Source: Octopus sinensis
Taxonomy: Eukaryota
Reading direction: 5' to 3'
Assembly: GCF_006345805.1 (NCBI RefSeq)
Contig: NC_043020.1
Location: forward strand, 7,440,001 to 7,504,000
DNA length: 64,000 nucleotides
A model generated the notes under the pieces. The model saw nothing but the letters and a program-made list of their open reading frames with translations. It was not told where the DNA came from and made no database searches. Shown here one piece after another: positions 1 through 12,764 of the stretch (position 1 is the stretch's first letter; each line of letters begins with the position of its first letter). The position numbers and the translations under genes were made by a program.

Positions 1-520
1 AGGCTGGCAACGGCCATGATCGATTGGTGCTTTTTACGTGCCACTGGCACAGGTGCCAGGGGAGGCTGGCAACAGCCATGATCGATTGGTGCTTTTTACG
101 TGCCACTGGTACAGATGCCGGGGAAGGCTGGCAATGGCCATGATCGATTGCTGCTTTTTACGTGCCACTGGCACAGGTGCCAGGGGAGGCTGGCAATGGC
201 CACCATCGATTGGTGCTTTTTATGTGCCACTGGCACGGAAGTCAGTCAAGGAAGCACTGGCAATGGCCACAATTGATTGGTGCTTTTTACGTGCCACTGG
301 CACAGGTGCCAGGGGAGGCTGGCAATGGCCACGATCGATTGGTGCTTTTTATGTTCCACTGGCACGGAAGCCAGTTAAGGAAGCACTGGCATCAGCCATG
401 TTTGGATGGTGCTTTTTACGTACGTGCCACCAGCACAAGTATCACAACTACAATTTCCATTTGATTTTTATTTTGATGTTGATGTACTTGACTCAGTAGG
501 TCTCCTCAAGCACAGCAGGT
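1..520 (-). mobile_element. SINE/retroposon family C fragment, showing its internal ~60-bp tandem array (about 7 units)
   Basis: The unit GGCTGGCAAYGGCCAYGATCGATTGGTGCTTTTTACGTGCCACTGGCACAGGTGCCAGGG repeats head to tail. The same unit and flank occur at 4584-5005, 56020-56385 and 61453-61860. Confidence 0.85.
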
Positions 521-714
521 TACCCTATTATTATTACTATTATTATTATTATTATTTATATATTTGTTGTGCAAGATTTTTTATGTGAAATCGTGTGTTG
601 AAACAGATATTGTTATATTTCGGAATGGTCATTTTGCCAGTTTAGCTAATAAAAACACACGCACTATATATTTGGTGTTATTTATTTTTTACATTAATCT
701 TAATCTTATTTCGG

Positions 715-754
715 CCAGAGTTCTTTCGTCACACTCCTGTGACCGCATCAGTGG
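715..754 (-). ncRNA. Minimal type-I hammerhead-like motif (A9>C variant)
   Basis: Minus strand reads CCA-CUGAUGC-G-GUCAC-aggagu-GUGAC-GAAA-G-aa-CUC-UGG. Stems I, II and III all close, but core position 9 is non-canonical. Confidence 0.5.
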
Positions 755-1540
755 TCCTTTGCTTTCTTCTTTCGTATTTGTGTTTCTCCTTACTAACCAT
801 CAGTCATTTTGTATTTCTATTGTATGTGTCTTCATTTGCGCATGCTTATATCTCTATGTGCGTCTATGTTTATTTAGTGTGTGTGTGTGGGTGGATGCCT
901 GTAATATTTGTATCTTCTGTTTATATATGTTCATGTAATTTGTTTTTGTTGTTGTTGTTTTTGTTTATTCTTATTTTGTTCATGTGTTTACATCCGCTTA
1001 TTATTATTATTATCATTACCTATGCTTGTATGTATGTATGTATAACAACAATACTAGTAATAATAATAATAAAAAAAAAAAAAAACTTATATAGTTATTT
1101 ATTTCTATTTGTTTATTTATCTGTATTTATTATGTTTTCGGGATCCTCTACCGTCATATGTTGTGGTGTGTGCTAGTGTTCCATTCTAGTTTCCTATTCA
1201 GGCTAGGAATTTGTCAAATTACAGAAGCTACATACATAATAGAAAATAAACCTAGGGGTCGATGTAGTGGACTAATCCCCTCCTCCAAAATTTCAGGCCT
1301 TGCGCCTGTAGTAGAAAGGATCCTGGTAGTGAACAGCTGACACCATAGTACATCTCCAGTGCTAGAAGCTGTGCAAAGACAATAAAATGATATTAGGTTG
1401 TCAAGAAAGTTCTTGCGGAATTTTAAATTTTTCGCACCTACCTTACCATTGTAAAAATATACAATCATATCATTAAGATTTCGAAGCTATGAGATAAAGC
1501 TTGATTAAGTCAAAACAATCTGAATGCTAAAAGGTTAAAT

Positions 1541-1860
1541 TGTGGCTCAGTGGTTAGAGCATCTGGCTTACAATCATGAGGTAGTGAATTCAATTCCTGT
1601 ACTGGGCTGCGTGTTGTGTTCTTGAGCAAGACTCTTTATTTCATGTTACTCCAGTTCACTCTGCTGTAGAAATTAATTGCAACATCACTGGTGCCAAGCT
1701 GTATCAGCCTTTGCTTTTTCCTTGGATAACATTGGTGGCATGGAGAGGGGAGGCTGGTATGCATGGATGACTGCTGGTCTTCCATGAACAACCTTTCCCA
1801 GACTTGTGCCTGGGAGAGGAACTTTCTAGGTGCAATTCCATGATTGAAAGGAGTTTTGCT
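1541..1860 (+). mobile_element. tRNA-headed SINE family D
   Basis: A-box-like TGGCTCAGTGG and B-box-like (G)TTCAATTCC. The body is shared with 44945-45244 and 46876-47178. Confidence 0.8.
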
Positions 1861-1900
1861 CTTACTCTTTATGCCAGAAAATACATAAATGTTTTGTTAC

Positions 1901-1997
1901 CTTCCATGAAAGGTGACTTCCTGATGGATCAATATTAAGGAACTCTTTCTTCCTACCAGGCTCTGGAAACTTGATTGATTTGAGTGAAACGTATTTG
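1901..1997 (-). CDS. Candidate internal coding exon of an unidentified minus-strand gene (KYVSLKSIKFPEPGRKKEFLNIDPSGSHLSWK)
   Basis: Unique sequence bounded by ttaattAG and AAG|GTAACA. It is 97 nt (1 nt + 32 open codons) with protein-like composition. No homolog recognised. Confidence 0.4.
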
Positions 1998-2696
1998 CTA
2001 ATTAAATCAAAATATGGTCCTGTTGCAAGCCCCAATCGCATTATCATCCCACCTACTCAGCCCCCACCAATCTATCCACCTGCCCACCCCCTCCACTTAT
2101 TCACCCAACACCTACCTATCCACCATCCACCCACTGTCCACCTCGACCTACTTATCCTCCACCTATTAAAATAAGGTCCGGTTGCAAGCACTGACCCCAC
2201 TATAGTGCCACTTACCCAGCCGTCTGTCTCACCTGCCTACCTTCCTCCCAATCCCCCTACAACTCTTGACCGAACGCCTACATATCTCACCATCCACTCT
2301 ATACCCTCACCTGTCCATTTCTTCATCCCCCCACTTGACCAGCCTCCACCCATCCAGCGTACACCTACCTAGTCTCCATCAATTTTCCCTCCACTCCTCC
2401 ACCTGTCCAACTTCCATTTATCTCTCCCCACCTCCCCACCCTTTATCACCCACCACTACCACCACCACCACACGTTCCCATCCACCTACTCCCCCACCGC
2501 CACCCATCCACCCTCCACCTAACCCCACCCCAACTCCATCTATTATTTAATCAATTCAGACATATATTTGTCTCTTAATCTAATCTTGCTATCTATTAAT
2601 TGATTTCTTACAATATCTATCAATCTCTCTCTGACTACACGTCTCTTTGCCTCTCTTCTTCTTTCTCACCCTCATCTTTTTTATATATGTGCATGT

Positions 2697-2727
<31 letters not shown>

Positions 2728-2734
2728 GGTGTGT

Positions 2735-2765
<31 letters not shown>

Positions 2766-2974
2766 CACGTGTTAAGGTGATAAGGTGTTCTGGAAGGCTG
2801 TTTTTTCTCAACTGACCACAATCAATCAGGAGAGACTACAAAATATTTTGAATGTATTAAATATTTAATAATGTCTAATATCTCTTTCCCCCTCCCCCTC
2901 CCTCATTCCCTTCTCTTTCTTCCCACCCTTTTCCCCCCTACCCCATCTCTCTCCTCTCTCATATATATATACAT

Positions 2975-3170
2975 AGGGAGAATTCGCACAAAAACAAAAG
3001 ACGAAGACAGGTGGTGTAGACAACAAACAGACGTATTAATTTAATGCTCAGGAAGTGACAAAGTCTTTAATGTTTCGAGCCTATGCTCTTCCACAGAAAG
3101 AAACACAGAAAGAAACAAGGAGAGAAAATAAAGAATGTGTAGTGGCTAGCGATCCATCATGGCGAAGGCC
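2975..3170 (-). mobile_element. Short Penelope-like pLTR relic carrying a hammerhead-like motif (3065-3100)
   Basis: CUUU-CUGUGGA-A-GAGC-auag-GCUC-GAAA-CAUU-AAAG. Flanks are shared with the copies at 22465, 26740, 44230 and 53975, and the element abuts (TA)n. Confidence 0.6.
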
Positions 3171-3359
3171 AGGCAGAAGGGTCACACAGGATAGCTAGGG
3201 AGAAGGGGAGATAATAAAGTGGTGGTGATCCCAAAACGAAGGTGCGTGTGCGTGTGTATAAGAGAGTTTGTATGTGTGTGTGGAAGAGGACTGGTGATCT
3301 TGACGTGTGCATGTGTGTATGTGTAGGTGTGAAAATGTGGGTCTGGATCAGCTGGTTTT

Positions 3360-3804
3360 GTTCGTTAATTTCCGTAAAAATTTTTTATTCATTTACATTT
3401 GTTTTAAAGTGAAAGAGAGGAGGAAGTGAAAGATGTATGAACGTGTATATGAAATGGACATGTGTATGTGTGTGAGAGAGAGAGAGAGAGAAAGAGAGAG
3501 TGCCACTTTCACATGGATGAGAACACTCACATTCACTCACTCACTCTCTCTCTCTCTCTCTCTCATGGACACATGCACACATACATACAAAAAAGATGTA
3601 CACATATGTATTAATGTATGTATGTATACATGACAACACACCCCTTCACTCACTCTCTCTTTCTTTCTCACTCTCTTACTTCCTCTCTCTCTCTTTCACA
3701 CACATACACATCCATTTCATACACATGGTTATACATCTTTCACTTTCTCCTCTCTTTCACTTTAAAACAAAAATGAATACAATTATTTACGGAAATTAAC
3801 GAAC
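3360..3804. mobile_element. MITE/foldback element with ~130-140-bp terminal inverted repeats
   Basis: GTTCGTTAATTTCCGTAA...TTTAAAGTGAAAGAGAGGAG (3360-3490) is the reverse complement of 3685-3804. Confidence 0.75.
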
Positions 3805-4583
3805 TCCAGATGACAAGTGAAAGATCATTATTCACTTAAAAATGATTTTAAAAAATACATTAAAATATTGTCTGTTTAAAGAAAACTAAAACATAAATAT
3901 TTACTATACAAACAACTTACATTTTTGAAATCAAATTCAGTTAAAAAATATTTCTAATGATTGAAATATTGTGTATGTCAAAAAGTCGATGTTTTTATCT
4001 TAGTGAGCACGAAGACTATGTGTGTGTATATGTCATAGATAACGGATGTGTGTGTGTGTTGATTGATATGCCATGACATTCATTATATGTGTGTGTATTC
4101 TGTATGTGTGTACGTGTGTTGACATCATGGAAGCGATGTATTTTTTTGCGCCAAGAAATAACAAACAAAAATTGTGTTTAATTGTTTTCCTTAACAAATA
4201 GAGTCCCAGATATCACAAAAATTTGTACTGCACTGCAATAAATAAATATGCAAAAAATTAAGATAAAATATACTGTTTTGGCCTTACCCATGATCCTTTA
4301 TACAATAAAATATACTATTTCTGAGATATTTCAGGTATACACAAACATCTCTAGAGTTTTAGTATTATCAAGATGCATATGTTTGTGTGTCTGTGTTGAC
4401 AACCGATGTTGGTATGTTTATGTCCCCGTAACTTAGCAGTTCAGCAAAAGAGAATGATAGAATAAGTACTAGGCTTACAAAGAATAAGTCCTGGGGTCGA
4501 TATGTTCGACTAAATGCGGTGCTCCAGCATGGCCACAGTCAAATGACTGAAACAAATAAAAGTAAAAGAAGAAAGAATATATA

Positions 4584-5005
4584 TCGATCAACATCAATGG
4601 AAATTGCAGCTGTGATACCAGTGCCGGTGGTACGTAAGAGAACCATCCGAACGTGGCTGTTGCCAGTGCCACCCTACTGGCCTCGACCCGGTGGCATGTA
4701 AAAAGCACCAGCCGATCGTGGCCGTTACCAGCCTCGCCTGGCCCCCATGCCGGTGGCACGTAAAAAGCACCATCTGATCGTGGCTGTTTGCCAGCCTCCC
4801 CTGGCACCTGTGCCGGTGGCACGTAAAAAGCACCCACTACACTCATGGAGTGGTTGGCGTTAGGAAGGGCATCCAGCCGTAGAAACATTGCCAGATCAGA
4901 CTGGGCCTGGTGCAGCCTTCTGGCTTCCCAGACCCCAGTTGAACCGTCCAACCCATGCTAGCAAGGAAAGCGAACGCTAAACGATGATGATGATGAGGAT
5001 GATGA
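4584..5005 (+). mobile_element. SINE/retroposon family C with (GAT)n tail
   Basis: 60-bp repeats, then GTGGTTGGCGTTAGGAAGGGCATCCAGCCGTAGAAAC, then AACCCATGCTAGCA and a (GAT)n tail. Confidence 0.85.
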
Positions 5006-5210
5006 TATCATCATCATCATCATTTAACATCCCATTTCCATGCTGGCATGGGTCGTATTAGTATGCTGCTTAAAGCACAACCACTGTTTGGGCTATCTGA
5101 TGTCATCCACTTTGTTTCCACTATATCTACGTCAGGAATTCTGCAGTGTTCGTTTGGTTTATAATTAACGAGAGAAACATAAAATGGATTTGGTACAAAT
5201 CTTTATTCAA

Positions 5211-5313
5211 TGCAACAATTGTTTAGACCCATCCTGCAAGAGTCCCTTACAGGTAGGATATTCTGCATCCAGTTATGTTGCATCAATCAGTGCAGTGTGT
5301 ATCTCCTCAGGTG
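5211..5313 (-). ncRNA. Degenerate hammerhead-like motif with extended stem II
   Basis: CAC-CUGAGGA-GAU...GUC-(U)AAAC-AAUU-GUU-GCA, with G12 mutated. Related to 25382-25488. Confidence 0.4.
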
Positions 5314-5452
5314 TTTAGTATAAAAAATATCCTCCTATATATATATTGGTTCCCTCCAGGTATGTTGTATTCTCTCGTAGTATGTGGGCTGTGTTGAATA
5401 AATCTATTTTCTGTTTCCCTCATTAATTCTAGATATACATATATATATATGT

Positions 5453-5837
5453 TCTTTTATTCTTTTACTTGTTTCAGTCATTTGACTGCGGCCATGCTGG
5501 AGCACCGCCTTCTAGTCGAGTAAATCAACCCCAGGACTATTACTTATTCTATCAGTCTCTTTTGCTGAACCGCTAAGTTACGGGGACGTAAACACACCAG
5601 CATCGGTTGTCAAGCAATGGTGGGGGGGACAAACACAGACACACAAACATATACACACATACATATATATACATATATACGACGGGCTTCTTTCAGTTTC
5701 TGTCTACCAAATCCACTCACAAGCCTTTGGTCGGCCCGTGGCTATAGTAGAAGACACTTGCCCAAGGTGCCACGCAGTGGGAACGAACCCGGAACCATGT
5801 GGTTGGTAAGCAAGCTACTTACCACACAGCCACTCCT
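5453..5837 (-). mobile_element. tRNA-headed SINE family A (near full length)
   Basis: Reverse complement of the 12331-12753 element, with an internal deletion. Confidence 0.9.
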
Positions 5838-6263
5838 ATATATATTTTTTTATTCTTTTACTTGTTTCAGTCATTTGACTGTGGCCATGCTGGAGTACCG
5901 CCTTTAGTCTAGCAAATTGACTGCAGGACTTATTCTTTGTAAGCTCAGTACTTATTCTATCAGTACCACCAAACAGTACTATAACTGTACTTTGTTCAGC
6001 AGCACAGTGGATTCCAGACCAGTCATGCATACCTTTTTGCTCTTATGAAAATAATGATGAAGTGTACGGTACTAGAATTTCCTGAAGCTTTATAAACACA
6101 GACATAGCGTATGAGGATGACGTTACAGATTAATATCTTTGATTAGGTTCTATAATTAATATTATTTAAATAGTTTGTAACATGTTTTGCTTTCAACACA
6201 TTTCCAATAATATTAATAATACAGCAGTAGAATTTTCCATGGTTACTGCTCGCATGATAAAAC

Positions 6264-6330
<67 letters not shown>

Positions 6331-6479
6331 CTAAAATACAAAAGGGGACAAGAACACAAAACATCCAGACAGTTAGGTGATAAATACATTTACATTTACA
6401 GAGTGTCTCCAAAAAATGCATATACACGTTGAATGATTAATTAGTCAGTGTTTATTAAAAATTAATTTCATTTCAAAAT

Positions 6480-6782
6480 TTGATGTTTGATCCTTCTCGA
6501 GCCATGCCTGGCTCATAAGGGCCGGTTTCCCGGTTTCCTTGGCATATAGGTTCCCAACTGTACAGGACACTGGTCCGTCGCAGGTGAGCTGCAAGATGCA
6601 GGAGGAAAGAGTGAGAGAAAGTTGAGGTGAAAGAGTCAGCAGAAGTTTGCCATTACCGTCTGCCAGAGCTGCAAGCTGAGGTGTTTTGCTCATAAACACA
6701 CACATCGCCCGGTCTGAGATTCAAACCCGCGATCCCTCGACCGCGAGTCCGCTGCTCTAACCACTAGGCCATGTGCCTCCAC
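6480..6782 (-). mobile_element. tRNA-headed SINE (head related to family D)
   Basis: Minus strand starts GGAGGCACATGGCCTAGTGGTTAGAGCAGCGGACTCGCGGTCGAGGGATCGCGGGTTTGAATCTC, which contains A and B boxes. Confidence 0.7.
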
Positions 6783-6829
6783 TTCAAAATTTAACAGAAT
6801 CTGAAAAAAAGAATTTAATTCTTTCATGA

Positions 6830-7130
6830 CCACCTGTTTCTAAACTGATGATTGTTTTGTTTCTGGTGGTGCCAATGGCACGAAGAAATAGAATCACAAA
6901 CATTAAGAAATATTTCATCCAGAATTTGGATGTATTTACGGTCAGTAGCTGCCCTCACTTTGGTCTATTGTTGCAGGTTTTTTTTGTTACCATAAACTTT
7001 ATCTTTTAAATATCCTCATAAAAACAAGTCCAGTGATGTGAGGTCTGGTGAACACGGGGGATATTGTACTGAACTTCTTTGTCCAATCTGCTTGTTTGGT
7101 CAAATCTCATCAAAGTAGACCAGTGATTCT
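6830..7130 (-). mobile_element. Tc1/mariner transposase C-terminal remnant (pseudogene)
   Basis: Minus translation ...IGQRSSVQYPPCSPDLTSLDLFL*GYLKDK.VYGNKKPAT matches the WPPRSPDLTPLDFFLWGYLK..VY motif. Contains stops and frameshifts. Confidence 0.75.
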
Positions 7131-7198
7131 CAACCATTTTTTTTACCTATGGGCCCCTTTGATTCCTGTTTTGTTCTACTGGAAATCCCAATCAGCTT

Positions 7199-7199
<1 letters not shown>

Positions 7200-7245
<46 letters not shown>

Positions 7246-7246
7246 C

Positions 7247-7277
<31 letters not shown>

Positions 7278-7494
7278 TGATAACAACAACAACAACAACA
7301 ACAACAATAATAATAATAATAGAGAACTATTACTACCCATGTATTTTAATTTAACTTTAAAAAAAAAAATGAACGAACTAGTGAGTTTAGTTTAATGGCC
7401 TACCAATGTATACTATGAGTTTCATTGCCCTAGGAGTCGGGAAGACACTCAGCAAGAAATAGAAGCAAATTTGAAAGAAGAAAAAATTTTTATG

Positions 7495-7568
<74 letters not shown>

Positions 7569-7572
7569 GATG

Positions 7573-7632
<60 letters not shown>

Positions 7633-7634
7633 GT
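7200..7634. repeat. (AAT)n/(AAC)n microsatellites
   Basis: Tracts at 7200-7320 and 7493-7634. Confidence 0.95.
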
Positions 7635-8245
7635 AATGAACTTGGATATAGTGCTCAGGTGCACTACAGCTCCTCAGAAAAAGTAATCAGAACCGCATAA
7701 ACAGGACAAAGAATATGCACAGGATGTGAACAGTGAATGAGTGTACAAAAAAAAAAAAGAAACAAAGGTGGTGGGGGGCATCAGGTGTACTGTTGGTGAA
7801 TTTCGGGAAGCACAGATACTTTGAAGGGTGTAGTGTCCCGATAGCTAACAACTGATACAGGTAGTTTGTTCCATGTTTCAGGAATTCTGAGCGTGGAAAA
7901 ATGTTCCTGAAAGTAACGGGTGCTGTGTGGTTTTTTGATTTTGTAAGCATATGTCTACGAGTGTTTGACATGTGGAATTCAAAAAGGTGCCCAAGGTTGT
8001 TGTTGGAAAGATGGTGGGTAGTCTTGTGGGTGTCTAGCAAGTCAGTTACCAAATGTCGGAGCTTTGATGTGTCCATACCCTGGGAGTCAGGACATTTAAA
8101 GTATGGTAGATGCCTGACGGTAGACAAAGTCCGGTTGCACATTTCTGAACTGTTTCCATGAGATTGATACGCTGAGCAAGGTAGGGGTTCCAGACTGGTG
8201 ATGCAAACTCTAAGTGTGGATGTACCAGAGTCATATACAGCTTTG
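7635..8245 (-). mobile_element. CR1/L2-clade LINE ORF2 3' remnant with 3'UTR and (ATT)n tail
   Basis: LYMTLVHPHLEFASPVWNPYLAQRINLMETVQKCAT, then (frameshifted) LRHLVTDLL...SNTRRH. This is the classic C-terminal region downstream of the CR1 RT domain. Confidence 0.8.
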
Positions 8246-8246
8246 A

Positions 8247-8813
8247 CCCTTTCGTTACCAACTTGGCTGAAACAGGCTCTGGCTCTGTAGTACAGATGTC
8301 TTGTTTTCATAAGTTTTGAATTAAAATCTTTCACCAAATCTTAGTCACAATTTATGTTCCTAACACTAATTTAATGATAACCAAGTTATTTTACTAAATT
8401 CTTAGTTATATTTAAAATTAATTGAAAGAAACACAGAGCATCTCAACAGAAATATGGTAATGAAAGGGTTAATCTTTTTCATTCTGTGGAATTTCCACAG
8501 GTCCCATTAATATTGATGTTGAAGATATGAAAGGTGAAGATGACCTCAACAGCAATAAAATCATTCTTCCTTTCTTAAATAGCTTCTCTTAACCCTTTTG
8601 ATACCAACCCAGCTGAAACCGGCTCTGGCTCTGTAGTACAAATGTCTTGTTTTCAAAAGTTCTGAATTAAAATCTTCCACCAAACCTTAGTCACAATTTA
8701 TGCTCCTAACACTAGCTTAATGATAACTGAGTTATTTTACTAAATTTTTTCTTATATTTAAAGTAATTGAAAGAAACACAGAGCATCTCAAAATAAATAC
8801 AGTGACGAAAGGG
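8247..8813. mobile_element. Two piggyBac-type MITEs (CCCTTT...AAAGGG, TTAA-like flanks) joined by a ~120-bp spacer
   Basis: Units at 8247-8468 and 8593-8813. An inverted homologue including the spacer lies at 60023-60481. Confidence 0.75.
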
Positions 8814-9120
8814 TAAAATAAATATCTGGGGAGTGGCTGACAAAAGTCTTACTTTGTAGGCCAAAAGTGCACCTCGGTACAAGGCCAGAAATTTCTAAGT
8901 CCTTGCGCTCACATCATTATCGCCATCATCATCATCGTTGTCATCATTGTCGTTGTCATTTAATGACTGCCTTCCATGCTGGCATGTGTTGGACGGTTTG
9001 ACAGGAGCAGGCCAGGTACAAGACTGCACCAGAATTCTGTGTCTGTTTTGGGATGGTTTTTATGGTTGGATGCCCTTCCTAATGCCAACCACTCCACAGA
9101 GTGACCCATCACAGAGTGGA

Positions 9121-9400
9121 CATCATCATCATCATCATCATCATCGTTTAATGTCCGTTCTCCATGCTAGCATGGGTTGGACGGTTCAACCAGGGATCTG
9201 GGAAGCCAGAAGGCTGCACCAGGCTCCAGTCTGATCTGGCAGTGTTTCTACGGCTGGATGCCCTTCCTAACGCCAACAACTCCGTGAGTGTAGTGGGTGC
9301 TTTTTACGTGCCACCTGCACAGGTGCCAGGCGAGGCTGGCAATGGCCACGGTGGGATTGGTGCATTTTACGTGCCACCGGCACGGAAGCCAGTCGAGGCG
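9121..9400 (-). mobile_element. SINE family C 3' part
   Basis: (CAT)n followed by CGTTTAATGTCCGTTCTCCATGCTAGCATGGGTTGG...CTGGATGCCCTTCCTAACGCCAAC. Confidence 0.85.
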
Positions 9401-9434
9401 GACATATATACACATATCCATATATCGGCACATA

Positions 9435-9720
9435 TTCCCTGTGATAAGTTGAGAATGGAGCGGAATAAACGATGCGATTACAGAATACCTAAAGCAAGCG
9501 TTCCGGTGGGTCAGATATGCAAAAGTCCAGTGGACCCATGCAGTTGCCAAGTGTTATGCCAAGAGATCGGAAAAGGCCTCTTGGAAGGTCTCCATGACGA
9601 TACGAAGATGATTTAGTTAAGTGATTTGGGTCAAGATGGAAACAAATTGTGCAATCAAGACAGAATTGGAAACATGTTCCAACCAGTGGGGTGTAACAGT
9701 ATCTGATTGTCTGATTGATA
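9435..9720 (+). mobile_element. RTE-clade LINE C-terminal remnant
   Basis: Frameshifted reading QWTHAVAKC.PRDRKRPLGRSP*RYEDDL...RWKQIVQSRQNWK resembles the RTE W..V..W.P...KRP.GRP..RW.D...W...A.DR..W motif. Ends in a (TGAT)-type tail. Confidence 0.6.
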
Positions 9721-9729
9721 CTGCGATAA

Positions 9730-9845
9730 TATATGTGTATATATATATATATGTTATATATACATAATGTGTATGTTATTTATATATATACACATATATG
9801 TCATACGTATGATTTTATATATATATATATATTTATATATATAAG

Positions 9846-9883
<38 letters not shown>

Positions 9884-9897
9884 TAGATATAATATAT

Positions 9898-9944
<47 letters not shown>

Positions 9945-10066
9945 TAGATATATAATATATATATATATATTTATATATATATATAATATTATATATATAA
10001 TATATATATATACGTACATATATAAAATATATATATATATATATATCTATCTATATATATATATAT

Positions 10067-10111
<45 letters not shown>

Positions 10112-10145
10112 ATATATATATATTTATATATATACACACACACAT
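9730..10145. repeat. (TA)n compound microsatellite
   Basis: Directly visible. Confidence 0.95.
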
Positions 10146-10294
10146 ACAATTTAGGGTGATTCGTGACAAAAAGACAATTATTTCGCTCGGATGAGCTTGT
10201 CATTTCATCTATTAAATTCATTAGGCCATTTATTTTGTTCATTAGACCGAAACAAACGGGGTTTGTCATGAATCGTTTTGAATTTTAAATAATG

Positions 10295-10316
10295 AATAAT
10301 AATAACAATAATAATA

Positions 10317-10349
<33 letters not shown>

Positions 10350-10374
10350 TTGATGATGATGTTGATGATGATGT

Positions 10375-10418
<44 letters not shown>

Positions 10419-10437
10419 TTGATGATGATGATGATGT

Positions 10438-10474
<37 letters not shown>

Positions 10475-10482
10475 AATGATGG

Positions 10483-10513
<31 letters not shown>

Positions 10514-10572
10514 AATGATGGTGATGATGATGATGGTGATGATGATGATGATGATGATGATGATAATGATGG

Positions 10573-10608
<36 letters not shown>

Positions 10609-10722
10609 CGATGGTGATGATGATGATGGTGATTATGATAATGGTGATGATGATGATAATGATGGTGATGATGATGATAATGATGATGGTGATGATGATA
10701 ATGATGGTGATGATGATGATGG

Positions 10723-10762
<40 letters not shown>

Positions 10763-10803
10763 AATGATGGTGATGATGATGATGGTGATTATGATGATGG
10801 TGG

Positions 10804-10835
<32 letters not shown>

Positions 10836-10836
10836 T

Positions 10837-10870
<34 letters not shown>

Positions 10871-10871
10871 A
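10295..10871. repeat. ~550-bp (GAT)n microsatellite with GGT/GTT/AAT interruptions
   Basis: Directly visible. It explains the poly-D and poly-M ORFs. Confidence 0.95.
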
Positions 10872-12330
10872 TTTATTATTGGCTACTAACCCAGAAGATG
10901 TGAGTCTTCTCCTTCAGAGCTGCTTCTGTCTATCTACTAACACTTTGAATATGTGTGTGTGTGTGTGTGTGTGTGCCTATGTATGTATGTATGTATGTAT
11001 GTACCTCATTATTCAGTTTTATTCCAAGGTTTCTTGCCAACAGAGAAAGGGTCAGTCCCTGACCTAGATCCAAGGCTCCTTCATTGGAATTTCAACAACA
11101 TCAACAGGATATATTTGTGCATGTATGCATGTACATGTGTAGTAATTGGAGTCAGTGCATATGCAAATTTGTACGTCTCATTTCATGTATGCAATCTCAC
11201 GCATATAGCTGCATGTCTAGACATGTGCATATACCCCTCTCTCTCTCTTTCGGAGAGGCACTGAGCAGCTATACGCACACATACACACACGGCAGTAACT
11301 CCCACCTACCGAATTCAATCACAAAGCTCCGGTCGGCTCGAGGCTATAGTGGGAGACACCCACCCAAAGTGCCACGCAGTGGGACTGAACCCGAAACCAT
11401 GTAGCTAGGAAGCAAGCTCCCTAACCACACAGCCATGCCCGCACCTACTTAGATAATAAACTTCTGTAAAAGTTTACAAATTTTTACAGTTCTTGTGATG
11501 GCTTGAATCTGTAGTCTTCAAATCAGTTATGTCCTTTCTGGTTTCGAGAAGCCTAATTTTTCAACATCAGTGTCTTCTACTATAGCCTCAGGCCGACCAA
11601 AGCCTTGTGAGTGGATTTGGTAGACGGAAACTGAAAGAAGCCCATCGTATATATGTATATATATGCGTGTATGTGTTTGTGTGTCTGTGTTTGTCCCCCC
11701 AGCATTGCTTGACAACTGATGGCAGTGTGTTACATATCCCAGTGCCCCGATAATTACAGGTATAAAACCTGAGCTTGTAATCAGGATAGGGTAACTGTAG
11801 ATTTCTCAATAGTTCAGTGTAGGTATTTTCTTTTTATTGATCTTTAACTTTGTGCTAACATCTGCTGGGCAGCTTATTTCTACTACTATTTCTACTGGGA
11901 TGGAGTGGAAAAAAGTACTTTTACACAAATTTTCAAATATGTTTTCAAGAATATATTTTTTTATAGCGAAATTCTTTAAAATCTGAAGTTCTTAAATTTA
12001 CATCTTCAGGCTCCGCACAGTTCACTTGAAATTTGGAATAATGTAAGAAAAATTAATTTATAACATGTTTGCCATTCCTCATTTTATATTTACATTGATT
12101 ATTATGAATTGATTTTCTTCTGTGAAATCCTTTAAAAACAAGAGTATCAAAATCTCAACCTCTAAAATTTATATCTTCAGGCTCCAAAACACACTTGAAA
12201 TTTTGAAATTACGTGAAATAAATAAACTCTTCGATTTTTTTTCTTTATTATTTTCAGAACTAGGTCACCTTATATATGTGTTACACGAGGTCCAGATTAC
12301 ATACACATTAAAATAAAATTATGTGTAAAA

Positions 12331-12753
12331 GCATAGGAGTGGCTGTGTGGTAAGTAGCTTGCATATGAACCACATGGTTCTGGGTTCAGTCCCACTGTGT
12401 GGCACCTTGGGCAAGTGTCTTCTACTATAGCCTCGGGCCGACCAAAGCCTTGTGAGTGGATTTGGTAGACGGAAACTGAAAGAAGCCCATCGTATATATG
12501 TATATATATGTATATGTATGTGTATGTGTATATATTTGTGTGTCTGTGTTTGTACCCCCAACATCGCTTGACAACCGATGCTGGTGTCTTTACGTCCCCG
12601 TAACTTAGCGGTTCGGCAAAAGAGACCGATGGAATAAGTACTAGGCTTACAAAGAATAAGTCCTGGGGTCGATTTGCTCGACTAAAAAAGGTGGTGCTCC
12701 AGCATGGCCACAGTCAAATGACTGAAACAAGTAAAAGAGAGTAAAAAGAGTAA
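12331..12753 (+). mobile_element. tRNA-headed SINE family A, full length (dominant family in the window)
   Basis: GGAGTGGCTGTGTGGTAAG (A box), GGTTCAGTCCC (B box), CACCTTGGGCAAGT, an internal microsatellite, and the tail GGTGCTCCAGCATGGCCACAGTCAAATGACTGAAACAAGTAAAAGAG. More than 20 whole or partial copies in the window. Confidence 0.92.
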
Positions 12754-12764
12754 ACCAAGTTTTG

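Noticed and set aside
1-499. Repeat array resembling a CRISPR, and the 153-aa ORF over it
   Set aside because: There are no unique spacers. The units are contiguous, belong to a dispersed eukaryotic retroposon, and have no cas genes nearby.
6033-6149. AG...GT-bounded unique block on the minus strand as a coding exon
   Set aside because: All three frames from the obvious acceptor contain stops. Shorter alternatives (for example YRTLHHYFHKSKK) are too short to support.
10292-10903. 203-aa poly-Asp and 190-aa poly-Met ORFs
   Set aside because: Pure (GAT)n microsatellite with no splice or unique coding context.
12331-12410. tRNA-like heads of SINE families A, B and D as tRNA genes
   Set aside because: A/B boxes only, with no complete cloverleaf, and always fused to SINE bodies.
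12690-12745. SINE-A tail CAGTC-AAAT-GACTG-AAACAAGTA as a hammerhead 3' half
   Set aside because: No CUGANGA-like 5' core or stem I. Better explained as the LINE-derived recognition hairpin.
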